A DNA stretch of 64,000 nucleotides from an uncultured delta proteobacterium (GTDB lineage: Bacteria > Desulfobacterota > Binatia > Binatales > Binataceae), in assembly GCA_963724765.1 (NCBI GenBank), contig CAVRVY010000004.1:1664001-1728000 (forward strand), written 5' to 3'. The notes beneath the pieces are model-generated. The model saw only the letters and a program-made list of their open reading frames with translations. It ran no database searches and was not told the DNA's origin. The position numbers were made by a program, and so were the translations under genes. The first letter of the stretch is position 1, and each line of letters opens with the position of its first letter. Below are positions 32,642 through 42,983 of this stretch, piece by piece.

Positions 32642-34092
32642 TTAGCGGAAGGCCGGCTCGTCGAAGCCCCGAAGCTTGCGCGAGTGAAGACGCTCTACGC
32701 CTTGCTCACGCAGAAGCCGCATGGTCTCGATGCCGACCCGCAGGTGCTGGCTGACGCGTTCCCGATAGAATGAATTGGCCATACCGCGAAGCTTTAGCTC
32801 CCCGTGAAGTGGTTTATCTGACACGCACAGGAACGTGCCGTAGGGTACGCGGAAACGGAAGCCGTTGGCTGCCACCGTCGCCGACTCCATGTCGACCGCT
32901 ATGGCACGGCTGAGATTGAGTTCTCCGAACAACTCGTTGAAGCGAAGTTCCCAGTTACGGTTATCAGTGGTGGCAACCGTGCCGGTGCGCATCCGCGTCT
33001 TTAGGTCCTGGCCACGCAGGCCGGTCACCTTCGCAGTCGCTTCCTGGAGAGCCACCTGCACCTCGGCAATCGGCGGCACCGGCACCCAGGAGGGAAGGTC
33101 CTGATCGAGGACATGATCGTCGCGCACGTAGCCATGTGCAAGCACGTAATCGCCTAGCAGTTGGCTTCGCCGCAATCCCGCACAGTGGCCAAGCATCAAC
33201 CAGCAATTCGGTCGCAGGACTGCGATGTGGTCGGTAATTGTCTTGGCGTTGCTTGGGCCAACCCCAATGTTGACAAGGGTGATGCCGTCACCGTCCTCTC
33301 GCTTGAGATGGTAGGCAGGCATCTGCGGCATCTGCGGCACTTGCGACTCGCGTGAGGCGCGGCCCGGAGTCGTCGCGCTTCCCGGCTCGACGAAGCCTAC
33401 GTACTCTGCTTGTGCACTGACCTGTGCCCGTCCCAAGGCAACAAACTCGTCCACGTAGCGCTGGTAGTTTGTCAGGAGCACAAAGTTCTGAAAGTGCTCG
33501 GCGGATGTGCCGGTATAGTGGTGAAGGCGCGCCAGTGAGTAATCGACCCGTTCTCCGGTGAAGAGCGCAAGCGGCCGGGGACTGCCAGGCTCCGGGCGGT
33601 GTGTGCCGTTGGCGATGGAGTCGTCGGTTGCACTCATGTCCGGCAGCGCAAAATGCTCCTGGAGAGCCCGGATGTCGGTTTCGCCGACGTCGGTAACCGC
33701 CTCCTCGACGACGAATGGCAACGGGATTTGTCTTTTGCTTACGCCCACGACAACCGGGACTCGGTGGTGTCGGAGCAGCAGATCGATCTGTTCGCGATAA
33801 TAGCGGCCGAAGAGATCAGGGCATGTTAGCGTCGTTCCGTAAACGCCTGGTTCGAGAAGCACGCCATAGGACAGGCGCGCGTCCACATGCAGATGAGCGC
33901 GGCCGATGCAATTCCGAGATAAGGGTAGGCAGCGTCGACCGGGCGCGCGAACCTACCCCCAGCAAACGCGGCAAAGGTCTCGCGGATGGTGCGCACGCTG
34001 GCGGTGTAAATTTCAACGATGCGTTCGACTGCCGCATCCGCATCATGGAACTCAACAAGATCGCGGGCAGCGTTGTGCTGGGCTGGTGTCAC
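32642..34092 (-). pseudogene. amn: AMP nucleosidase with one frameshift near 33890
   Basis: RLHHYTGT, LLTNYQRYVDEF, PQMPAYHL, NIGVGPSNAKTITDH, DMESAT, CVSDKPLHGE; N-terminus in ORF 33826-34092. Confidence 0.9.
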
Positions 34093-34110
34093 GGCACTTT
34101 TGCCAACCTT

Positions 34111-34835
34111 TCAGCCCTTGATGACCAAAAAGGGCTTGAGTCTGGCAACTCTCTGCATCACCCGCGCGGCCTCGAGCACTTCAACGACGTCAGCGACATC
34201 CTTGTAGGATTCCGGCATCTCCTCGGCTACGCCCGCCCGACTCTGTGCGCGAACCGTCACGCCTATGGCTGCAAGTTCAGCAAAGACATCGCGCCCGCGC
34301 GACTCGCGCATTGCCTGGGCGCGGCTCATCAAGCGTCCCGCGCCGTGGCATGACGAGCCGAACGTTTCGCGCATCGCCCCCTCCAGCCCGATGAGCACGA
34401 AAGAATAACGTCCCATGTCACCCGGGATTAGAACGGGTTGGCCGAGGCGCCGGTACGCCTTGGGGAGCTCCGGATGGCCCGGGCCGAACGCACGAGTCGC
34501 ACCTTTTCGATGGACGCACAGTACCCGCTTCACTCCGTCGACGACATGGTCTTCGAACTTTGCAATGTTGTGGCAGACATCGTAGATGAGCGTAAGGCCC
34601 GGGTCGCGCGGGCTAATCCCGAGCGCCTCTATGAAGGCGTTGGTCGCGAGATGCATCATGATCTGACGATTGCACCATGCGAAGTTGGCCGCCGCCGCCA
34701 TCGCGCCCAGGTAATCCTGTCCCTCTGGAGAGTGATCGGCACGGCTGCAAGCTGGCGGTCGGGAAGGACAATTTCGTATTTTGCCATCGCGGAGCCGATC
34801 GTCTTCAGGTGATCCTCGCAGGTCTGATGGCCGAA
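34111..34835 (-). pseudogene. rtcB: RtcB RNA ligase C-terminal fragment
   Basis: YLGAMAAAANFAWCNRQ, YDVCHNIAK, HRKGATRAF, PGDMG, SSCHGAGR, EEMPESYKD; N-terminal half absent. Confidence 0.9.
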
Positions 34836-36108
34836 CTCGTTCCCTACCTACGGCTACGGAATCGCGCACCCCGGGTACCCGGTTTAGAACCAGTTCCACG
34901 TCCTCTGGGAATACCTTGAGACCTTCGGGCGTGACGATCATCTCATTCTTGCGTCCGCGTACGATGAGATAACCGTCCTCGTCGATTGCTCCAATGTCTC
35001 CTGTGTGGAACCAGTCGCTCTCGAAAGCCTCGGAGGCTTCGGCAGGCGCGCTGAAATAACCAGGGGTCACGCAGTCGCCCCGAACCAGAATTTCACCGTC
35101 GGTCGCGATGCTGACGCTGACACCTCGAAGCGGCTTCCTCGCGGTCCCGGGTTTAAGATGGAACGGGTGATTGAAGCTCACAATGGGCGCGGTCTCGGTA
35201 AGCCCGTACCCTTGTATAACCATAAAACCCAGACTGCGCCAGAACTCCTCGAGCCGGGGGTCGAGGGGCGCGCCGCCGACTACAAAGCCGAAGAACTTCA
35301 GATGCCGAACAGCCGATGGACCTTGCGATAGCGCCAGCGGCGGATGAACCAATGCGAACTATGTTCCGTAACCCGGGCGAGTTCGGGTACCTGTCTCACC
35401 ATGTATTGGCGAAGGACCTCAAGCATCTTCGGCACTCCCACCAGGAACGAGACGCGCCGCCTATGGATTCGACTGATTACCTCATGCGGAGCGTAACTGT
35501 GCATGAAGACGACGACACCACGTAGCATTGGCGGAAAAAACGTGGCGAGCGCCTGCCCGAACATGTGACTGAGCGGCAAAAGGTTGAGGAATCGGAGCGG
35601 ATGCAGAGGCCGCACCCAAGGGCCGTATTTCTCAACCTCCCCCTCGATTGGGGCAAGGTCGGCGACGATGTTGCGATGGGTGATAATCACGCCCTTGGGA
35701 CTCGCCGTCGAGCCTGAAGTAAAGACGACCTCAGCGACGTCATCCGGACTGACCTCAACCGTTGACACGGGGTACGATTGCGCGGAGATGCCGATGTCGG
35801 CGAGACGACAAACCGGTATTCCATCGCCGAGAACGGACTGTTTGACCTCTTCTCCCACCAGAATCACCCGGGCACGGACAACTTGCTGTATGTTGTTGCG
35901 CAGCGCATCCGCAGAGGCGCGGTAGTCCACCGGAACTACAATCACACCCTGCAGGAGACATCCCCAGAAAGCTGCAAGCCATTCCGGACGGTTCTCAGAC
36001 CAAAATAGGATTTTCTCGCCCTTGGTGATCGATTCGTCGCGAAGCCGTGCCGAAAAAGCCTGTGCAGCTGTCGCGATCTGACGATAGGAGTATCTCCACC
36101 GCCTGTCC
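34836..36108 (-). pseudogene. AMP-binding (long-chain acyl-CoA ligase-like) enzyme, truncated and frameshifted
   Basis: WSENRPEW, FTSGSTASPKGV, QGYGLTE, FHTGD; 5' end cut by an IS1111-type end, 3' end fused to the rtcB remnant. Confidence 0.85.
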
Positions 36109-36109
36109 C

Positions 36110-36775
36110 TTATATGGACCCAGCCCCGAGCGCAAAGCCGTTTGCCGGAGTGAGGGTGAAGCCGGTTGCAGCCATATATTCGGCCTCTTTAAGGAGCTTC
36201 ATTTTACGCTCCGGGCCTTGATGGAAATCCGCGCGCCTTCTCCTGGTCAACTAAACGGCCTCGAGGGCCTAGGGACAGGACAGGTTATGAAAGCGCCGGT
36301 CCGACCGGTTACTCATCACCGACAAAACGACCTCCGCAACCATGGCGAGACGTGTTCCTCCCTTATATGCGCTTGATTAGGATGCTTTCGGCCACCGCCC
36401 TCCTAACCGACGTTGGAGGGCGATGGCCGAAAGCAGCCGTCCACTCGGCTTTGCTGGATCGCTGCTGCCCGATAGTTTTCGCCGCGCGTAAGCAACGCCC
36501 AGATGATACGGGCATTCTTGTTCGCTAGCGCCACCGCCGCCACATTGAATCCGCGCGCGAGCTTAAGCTTGCTCGCCCATATGCTGCGGCGGTGGCGACG
36601 GCGCTGGTAGCCGCGGTTGGTAATGCGAACGAATTCAAGAGCGGTCGCGAACTCTCGGCGTGGCTGGGGCTGGTGCCGCGTCAGGACTCCAGTGGCAATC
36701 GTAATGTGCTGCTTGGGATCAGCAAGCGCGGCGATCGCTACTTGCGCACGCTGCTTATCCACAGGGCACAGCTTC
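36110..36775 (-). mobile_element. IS110/IS1111-group element remnant: transposase C-terminus plus right non-coding end
   Basis: AAVALANKNARIIWALL (minus strand, about 36460-36590); FKSGRELSAWLGLVPRQDSSG...GDRYLR (plus strand, 36592-36770); sub-terminal GGGTCCAT at 36114-36121; 20-bp hairpin at 36384-36434. Confidence 0.75.
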
Positions 36776-37182
36776 AATAGCTCGCCGTGGATGCGCGGCG
36801 CACCCGACAGTGCGTTGGCTCTGTTCATCTGCCGGATCAGATCACGAACTTCGCGATCTACTAACGGCCGTCCAGATCTTGAGCGCCAACGCCAATAGAG
36901 CCGGAAGCCTTGACGGTGCCACTGGACCACGGTGGCCGGCTTCACCAAGACCAAGATGTTCAGGCACGGTGGCCAAACCCGGTAAAGCCAGGTCCAAAGT
37001 AATCTATCGAGCGCGGAGAGCCGGGTGCGGCCGGGACGCTGGCGACGTAGGACTGCCAGTTGGTCGCGGAGCGCAAAAATGACCTCGAGTTCCAATTCCG
37101 CGCGGCTGCGAAACCGACCAGCGAGCCACGAAAGAAGCTCTGAGATGAATGCGACCATGCCCGTGACACTATGGTCGGGCAA
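36776..37182 (-). pseudogene. rve-integrase-type transposase 5' fragment
   Basis: RSRAELELEV..LRDQLAVLRRQ...GAPRIHGELLKL; paralog of 15504-15779. Confidence 0.8.
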
Positions 37183-37237
37183 GATAAATCGCTAGACTTT
37201 TCGATACTTTCCGAGTTTTAAGTAGGGACAGGTAATC

Positions 37238-37471
37238 ATGTCGGTGGCGCACCTCAATGCCGGACTGCTATCCGCGATCGCGTTGCTGATAATTTTTCTG
37301 CTCGGGCTTTCCGCTTTTCAGAATTGGGACGCTAGAAAGCATCATGCCGGTTCGATATTCGTGAGCAAGGCGGCGCCCATCGCCAGATGGCTATTGGGAC
37401 TCCTCATCGTGGCCTACGTTCTCTTCATCGCCTTCCAAATGCAGTATCAGTTCGCGCCCGCTATGAGATGA
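37238..37471 (+). CDS. Small two-TM membrane protein
   Basis: 77 aa with two hydrophobic helices, upstream of the cytochrome c gene. Confidence 0.5.
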   Translation: MSVAHLNAGLLSAIALLIIFLLGLSAFQNWDARKHHAGSIFVSKAAPIARWLLGLLIVAYVLFIAFQMQYQFAPAMR

Positions 37472-37539
37472 GTGGGCCTGGCGGTCATCCGGTATACGGC
37501 CGCGCCGGCAAATAGTATCGTGAGCGCGGGACACGACTG

Positions 37540-37959
37540 ATGGCCTCGATGCGCAAATGGACCGTTGCACTGGCTGGACTCCTGTTGATGTTCGGCACCG
37601 CCGCAAGCGCGGGGGCCGACGACGTTGCGCAAGGGCGGCAAATGTATCTTGAGTATTGCGGTTCGTGCCATGGACTCACCGGTGAGGGTGACGGTCCCGT
37701 GGCGCCCGCGTTGACCACGCCGCCGGCCAATCTGCGCAGGCTTTCGGAGCGTTTCGGGAGTCCGCTGCCCGAGGACCAGGTCGCCCGCTTCATCGACGGC
37801 CGCGCCGAGGTTAAGCCTCACGGCCCGCGCGACATGCCGGTATGGGGCGCACGTTTCTACGCCGAGACGCATAACGAGAGCGCGGTCCGGGCGCGGATCG
37901 CCAAGCTGGTCGCCTATCTGCAATCGATCCAGACCGGCGCTCGCCACGCGCAAAAGTAA
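37540..37959 (+). CDS. Monoheme class I cytochrome c
   Basis: Signal peptide, CGSCH heme motif, distal Met in HGPRDMPVWG. Confidence 0.92.
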   Translation: MASMRKWTVALAGLLLMFGTAASAGADDVAQGRQMYLEYCGSCHGLTGEGDGPVAPALTTPPANLRRLSERFGSPLPEDQVARFIDGRAEVKPHGPRDMPVWGARFYAETHNESAVRARIAKLVAYLQSIQTGARHAQK

Positions 37960-37984
37960 GGCGCCGCGAGAGATTGATTACGCG

Positions 37985-38195
37985 CGCCAGCGGCCAATCG
38001 GGGCCGCTTGCACTTGGCCGCAACCATCAACCGATCGTCCTCCACCTGCATATCGATCGAGCCATCTTTGAGCCCGGGCATATCGACGTAGAAAAGATAG
38101 GTATCCTTGTCCTCGATCACGTCCGCCCGGGGCGCCCTATGGTCGCCGGCTGCTCCGTCGATGTCTCGTCGAAACCTGTTCAACCTATCGAACAT
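37985..38195 (-). pseudogene. Hsp20 small heat-shock protein fragment
   Basis: PRADVIEDKDTYLFYVDMPGL...VEDDRLMV; C-terminus absent. Confidence 0.75.
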
Positions 38196-38219
38196 GCATT
38201 GGTCGCCGTTCCATCCGGT

Positions 38220-38672
38220 TCAACCACGCGCCTTCTTGCCGAGTCGAGCTCGAGCTGGCCGCGCCCTGGGTCTTACGGTAAGAACAGGGCATGGTGCCTC
38301 CCGCATAACGCCTTCGGCGACGCTTCCGAGGAGGAGACGACGAAGTCCTTTCCAGCCGTGAGTCGCCATTACAATCATATTGGCACGCAAACGCGTCGCC
38401 ATCAGGAGGATCTCCACGTCCGGATTGCCATTCGTAACATGAACTCTATACCGCACCGCTTCGCCGAGTCTCTTCCTAGCCAATCGCTCAAGCTTGCGTT
38501 TGGCAATGGCTTCGAGCTTTTCGAAAGATGATGCATCGGACGGTATCCCCACGACATGAAATATATGGAGGAACCCTTTGCTCGAGCGCGTCAGCTCCGA
38601 GGCGACGCGGAGCGCCAGAAGCGAGTTTCGGTCGAAGTCGACTGCGCATAGGATGTTGTTGAACGAGATCAC
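38220..38672 (-). CDS. Universal stress protein
   Basis: NILCAVDF, IVMATHG..G...LLGSVAEGVMREAPCPVLTV. Confidence 0.9.
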   Translation of the reverse strand: MISFNNILCAVDFDRNSLLALRVASELTRSSKGFLHIFHVVGIPSDASSFEKLEAIAKRKLERLARKRLGEAVRYRVHVTNGNPDVEILLMATRLRANMIVMATHGWKGLRRLLLGSVAEGVMREAPCPVLTVRPRARPARARLGKKARG

Positions 38673-39034
38673 TAAGCTTTCCTCAAACCAGTGGAGAGAT
38701 CCTGAAATCCTTCCGCCCAGCGCATGGCTCGTTTCGGCCTGCGTCGCGGCGACGACGTGCGGGAAGACGTGCGACAATTTTGCGGGTCAGAATATAGCGC
38801 CTCAGAGAACCTGACGGGTAACGCGGCAGCATCTCCGGTGAGCGGCATCACACCTTCGATTCGGCTTACTGCTTGGGCACCGCCGCACTGTATCCCTATG
38901 AGGTAACCGCGCCGGCGCGTCGCTCAAAACCACCTCCATTTGCTTCGCTTCCGCTCACTCGCAGCCGGATGTAAGCGCACGCGTCCGTGGTGATCGCCAA
39001 GTGCACCTACAGCACCAGATTTCTCAACTGGTCT

Positions 39035-40078
39035 CTATTCATCGCGTTGTGCTAACCAGCTGTTGATTTGAGGCCAGAGCTTGGAATGTGCCTCGGCGCT
39101 CGCGGCTATTCCGATGTGTCCGGTAGGAAAAACCAGATTGGTCTTGTCCACGCTGCCAACAAGATCGATCAGCGGAAGGCTAGACTTGGGGTGCACGATC
39201 ACGTCTGCCGCCGCGACCACGTTTAGCAACGAAGCATCGATGTGCCCAAGGTTTACGACTTTGCCGCCTACGGTCATCTGGCCGCGAACCAGCAGATTCT
39301 TCTTGAACACGTCAACAACCAGCTCGCGGAACAGTCGCCCGGCAAGGGGCACGTCACTGGCAAGCCAGTTTCTGAAGGCAGGCGACACCTTCGCATAGAG
39401 GTCCCGCTCGCTCTCCTGGCAAAGGCCGAAGTACTGGCCGAAACGGTAGGTTGCTGACAGCCCGGCGAAGACGTTTTGTAGCAGCCAGGCCGGGCAGTTG
39501 CCGTACGCGGCCGTGACGAAACTTACCGCGCTCTCGTCCAGCCAGTCAGTCAGTTGATAGGCGGGAGGTTCACGCACGCTTGTATCGAGCGGCAGGGTCA
39601 GAGTCACGAGGTTCCTGACGTGCCGGGGATGAAGCGCGGCGTAGATTACGCTGAGCAAGGCGCCCAGACAGTAGCCGAGGACGGTGACCTGCTCGACGCC
39701 CTGATGGACACGTACAGCGTGCACCGCGTTGGCGAGATCCTGATTGACATAAGCATCAAAACCGCGCCAGCTATCGGCCGCGTTGGGCGGAAGCCAGTCT
39801 ATCAGAAACACCTCGAAGCCTTGCCGGGTAAGGCCTTCTACCACGCTTCGTCCGGGCTCCAGGTCGAGCACAAACGGCCGCTTGATGAGCGCGTACACGA
39901 GAACGATCGGGATCCGACACCGCGGTTCGACTGCCCTGTAATGGCGTACACTCGCCTTTCCGCTTCGATAGATGACGCGATAAGGGGTCAGAGATGGCGG
40001 ATCGATGGATGCCCCATGGGTCAGGTCGAGCGTGGGAATCGTGCTTCCCATCCAGCTGTTCGCGACGTCTGTCCGCAT
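39035..40078 (-). CDS. Class III PHA synthase PhaC-like alpha/beta hydrolase
   Basis: VYALIKRPFVLDL.PGRS, lipase box GYCLG, D in ADVIV, GHIG. Confidence 0.8.
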   Translation of the reverse strand: MRTDVANSWMGSTIPTLDLTHGASIDPPSLTPYRVIYRSGKASVRHYRAVEPRCRIPIVLVYALIKRPFVLDLEPGRSVVEGLTRQGFEVFLIDWLPPNAADSWRGFDAYVNQDLANAVHAVRVHQGVEQVTVLGYCLGALLSVIYAALHPRHVRNLVTLTLPLDTSVREPPAYQLTDWLDESAVSFVTAAYGNCPAWLLQNVFAGLSATYRFGQYFGLCQESERDLYAKVSPAFRNWLASDVPLAGRLFRELVVDVFKKNLLVRGQMTVGGKVVNLGHIDASLLNVVAAADVIVHPKSSLPLIDLVGSVDKTNLVFPTGHIGIAASAEAHSKLWPQINSWLAQRDE

Positions 40079-40199
40079 TGGATTGCCTCATGCGGGCGAA
40101 CCCGAACACCGATACGGCAACGAATTGCACAGGAGGTGCTGGTGGAGGATTCGGATTCAGCCGTGGGGGCTTCAACCTCAATGATCTGCTTCCTTGTCA

Positions 40200-40215
40200 C
40201 GCATAAACGATGCCG
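40200..40215 (-). promoter_or_regulatory. Sigma-54 promoter
   Basis: CGGCATCGTTTATGCG on the minus strand, upstream of the PhaC-like gene. Confidence 0.55.
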
Positions 40216-40847
40216 AGCCTTGCCAAGCAAGGGGGAACCGATGCAGCAGACATAGATCGTTCAAATGAACCTCAAAGTCGTGACTTTCAGGGATCAACGC
40301 ACAGTTTCACGTCTGGTTTTTGCCAGGGACTCGATTCGAGGCTTGTGACTCCAGAGGAGACAACTAATGATTGTGATTGTTCCCTTTTGACATAACGCAG
40401 GCCAATCCTTCGGCGGATCGCAGTTTACCGCGTCGCCCGCGGCTCGCAAACTCGGTTACGCTCGCGCAGCTCTTTGAGCTCGACTACCCGTTGGCAACCC
40501 TAGCGGTTGCTGGAGGGTAGTAAAAGTTCAAATCCCCCTTGTATGTAACGGATGTAGTAGGACCATCGACAGACGTGGCGTGGCAGGCCGATGCAGCCTT
40601 GGGGCCAAGACCCCGTCTAGCAGCGAAGGTCGCCGCGCCTTCACAGAACCGCAGACATCCAAAGCACCAATCAATCCACACGGATTAGGTTTTGAGGAGC
40701 CACAGGCTCGCGATCGAGTCGGCGGACGGAACTGGACGATCCGGCGCGGTACGCGCGTCAAGCTGAACGATGTCACTGAGCAGCGGTGCACATTCGATGA
40801 CCGCCTTTACTTCAATGCAGGCCCGGCGCGCATTCCCAGCCACTATC

Positions 40848-40950
40848 AAGCGCAGCTCGCCGTGGATCCGGGGCGCGGCCCAGAGCGGATTGGCGCTGCT
40901 TCATCTCACGAATCAGCTTGCTAATTTCGCGATCCACTGACGGCCGTCCT
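40848..40950 (-). pseudogene. Short relic of the same rve-type transposase family
   Basis: GRPSVDREI.KLIRE...ANPLWAAPRIHGEL. Confidence 0.65.
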
Positions 40951-41029
40951 GATCTCGAACGCCAGTGCCTCGGCAACGGCGCTCTCTAACGCTGGCGAGT
41001 TTTCAATTACACAACTTCACGTTCGGGAG

Positions 41030-41057
41030 TTGACATCGCCCTTCAGCGGAGTATCTT
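41030..41057 (+). promoter_or_regulatory. Sigma-70 promoter TTGACA-N16-TATCTT
   Basis: Perfect -35 and near-consensus -10. Confidence 0.55.
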
Positions 41058-41144
41058 GATACCTCCATGCACACTATGCTTTTCACAGCATAGCGACACA
41101 ACCAACAGCCTTCTCCAACAACACTGCTAGCACTTCAGCCTAGC

Positions 41145-41384
41145 ATGACAACAGGGGTATGTATCGTGGCAGAGCAACCAACCTACTCAGCAGAGCGACC
41201 AATCTGCACAATGGAACGGCCTATACCATGCGAGGGTTGTGGGCAAGTGTTCACACTAAACCGCATGCGGCAGGTGATTCTTGGGTTGAATGGTGATGAG
41301 ATCCGGTTCGAGACCCCTTACTTTTGCGCGACATGTTACGATTCACTAACGATCATTCCGCGTGCACTTCCGATGCAAGATTAA
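41145..41384 (+). CDS. Small zinc-ribbon protein (CEGC...CATC)
   Basis: Two CxxC motifs; has its own promoter and terminator. Confidence 0.55.
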   Translation: MTTGVCIVAEQPTYSAERPICTMERPIPCEGCGQVFTLNRMRQVILGLNGDEIRFETPYFCATCYDSLTIIPRALPMQD

Positions 41385-41408
41385 CTGTCATCTACGTCTC
41401 ACAACTCT

Positions 41409-41445
41409 GGCCCGTCAGGCTCTAACGCTGGCGGGCTCTTTTTTG
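41409..41445 (+). terminator. Intrinsic terminator
   Basis: GCCCGTCAG-loop-CTGGCGGGC followed by TCTTTTTT. Confidence 0.7.
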
Positions 41446-41896
41446 GTACCAATTTTTAAACGATGGGATTAGACGATTGCCTTGGTCACAAGATGTCGCT
41501 CTTGCGTCAGGAACTACTAATCCAGTCTGTCTGGGGATGCGTGTCTCTTAAAGCCTCTCGGTATCGACTAACACAATTGATTTGACTTTTGAATATTCTT
41601 AATATTTATTTCGAGAGTCAGATTGAAGTACGAATCAAGTCTGATTTTGATCCAGCCTGACGGTGGTCCTTTCTCTCGCCTTTGACCACTCTCTACTAGA
41701 CCAACGCAAAGCGATAGAAACGAAGGCCCGCGGAGGCCGCCTTGTCTCCGTTCAAACCGGAACGTACTCCGACGGCTTCGAGATTCTACTTTCAGCGCAC
41801 GAGCGTGCTTGAAGTTGGTTTCGACAAGTTGCAAGTGAGCGCAGTGCGCTCCACGGGCGTAGGCAGATTAGACAAACAAACAGGAGGATAAAGACA

Positions 41897-42252
41897 ATGG
41901 GATTTCTCGAATAATGGAACAAGCCAAGGGAGCTATATAGATTCCACAGCGAGGTTGAGGACTTGCTCGGACTATTCGAGCTTGACCGCAATTGGTTCGG
42001 CCGGTTTCCGTTCGACCGCGAGATCTCCGGCTCCCGGGAATCGAGAGCAACGCGGCCTGCAATCGAGTCGAGCGGGAAGACGGGAAGTTCATCGTTCGTA
42101 CCGATCTTCCTGGTGTCGACGCAAAGAATGTCGATATCAAGGTCGTAGGCGATGTCCTGACGATCAGGGGTTCGCGAGAGGAGAAGCGCGAGACGAAGAA
42201 AGCCGAAATTGCGTTCATCCTCAAAACGACCGCAAAAATTCGATTCGCGTGA
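41897..42252 (+). pseudogene. Hsp20 small heat-shock protein, frameshifted and truncated
   Basis: AGGAGG RBS; RPAIES / EDGKFIVRTDLPGVDAKNVDIKVVGDVLTIRGSREE. Confidence 0.8.
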
Positions 42253-42554
42253 AAATTCGTTCGTGCGCGAGAACTCAGCTTAACGCCTAGCCAGGAATCT
42301 CGTTCTGTATAGCGTGTATATCGCCCAGTCGACGGTAGCCCAAATTCGTGACCAGGCGTCGGCAGTGAACGTCACAGAAAATTTGGCTCGATACTCGCCG
42401 AAAATTTCGCCCAATGACAGAAGTTCGAGTCCGGTATGTGCCAACGTCAAGCGGAACGCCTAGAACCTGACCGACACCAATACACCGCTCGCCTTGCAGT
42501 CGTATCGACTTGCCGCAGGGTCTTAAGTACTCGAGTGAGCTGCGGCAGCGAGGC

Positions 42555-42929
42555 TTACTTGGCCGACCGTGCCTCACCGTTCGCAATAGAGTTCTCAGGT
42601 TCAGGGGTTATCAGCTTCTGGATTCGGGTCTCAGGCACTCGAAGCAACGAAACAGGCACATGGTGCGGTCTATCGTCGCCTTTGGCTCCCAGGTCACGGT
42701 GCTCCAGGAAACGCATTCGCGTAGTACTGATTCCCACAAAGACCGCAGCCGGGTGGGAGTTACGGCGCTCAGGCGCCCGGCCTTCGAAACGGACGGTGAC
42801 GTGTGGAAAACCCTCAATCACCCTGGACGCCTGGACCGTGCCGGGCCACCATCTCCCCTTGCCCAAACGCACGATCCACACCCATACCGGCGCGCCAGCC
42901 GAAAGCTCAACTACCTCTGATGGCTCCAT
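42555..42929 (-). CDS. Hypothetical protein (Tudor/PWWP-like VWVW...RWWPGTV)
   Basis: 124-aa ORF with AGGA RBS, downstream of PEPCK. Confidence 0.5.
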   Translation of the reverse strand: MEPSEVVELSAGAPVWVWIVRLGKGRWWPGTVQASRVIEGFPHVTVRFEGRAPERRNSHPAAVFVGISTTRMRFLEHRDLGAKGDDRPHHVPVSLLRVPETRIQKLITPEPENSIANGEARSAK

Positions 42930-42983
42930 TTCTTCCTTTGACCGATCCCCCCACGCGCTCGTCGGTCGGCAAGCCTCCTTCGC

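Noticed and set aside
34111-35352. Apparent novel acyl-CoA ligase-RtcB fusion protein (413 aa)
   Set aside because: Both parts are truncated halves, and RtcB homology continues in another frame between about 34740 and 34835, so the open frame is a by-product of deletion plus frameshift
36403-37182. 259-aa ORF fusing rve-transposase and IS110 sequences
   Set aside because: Read-through across an inverted IS110 fragment; the middle part is antisense translation
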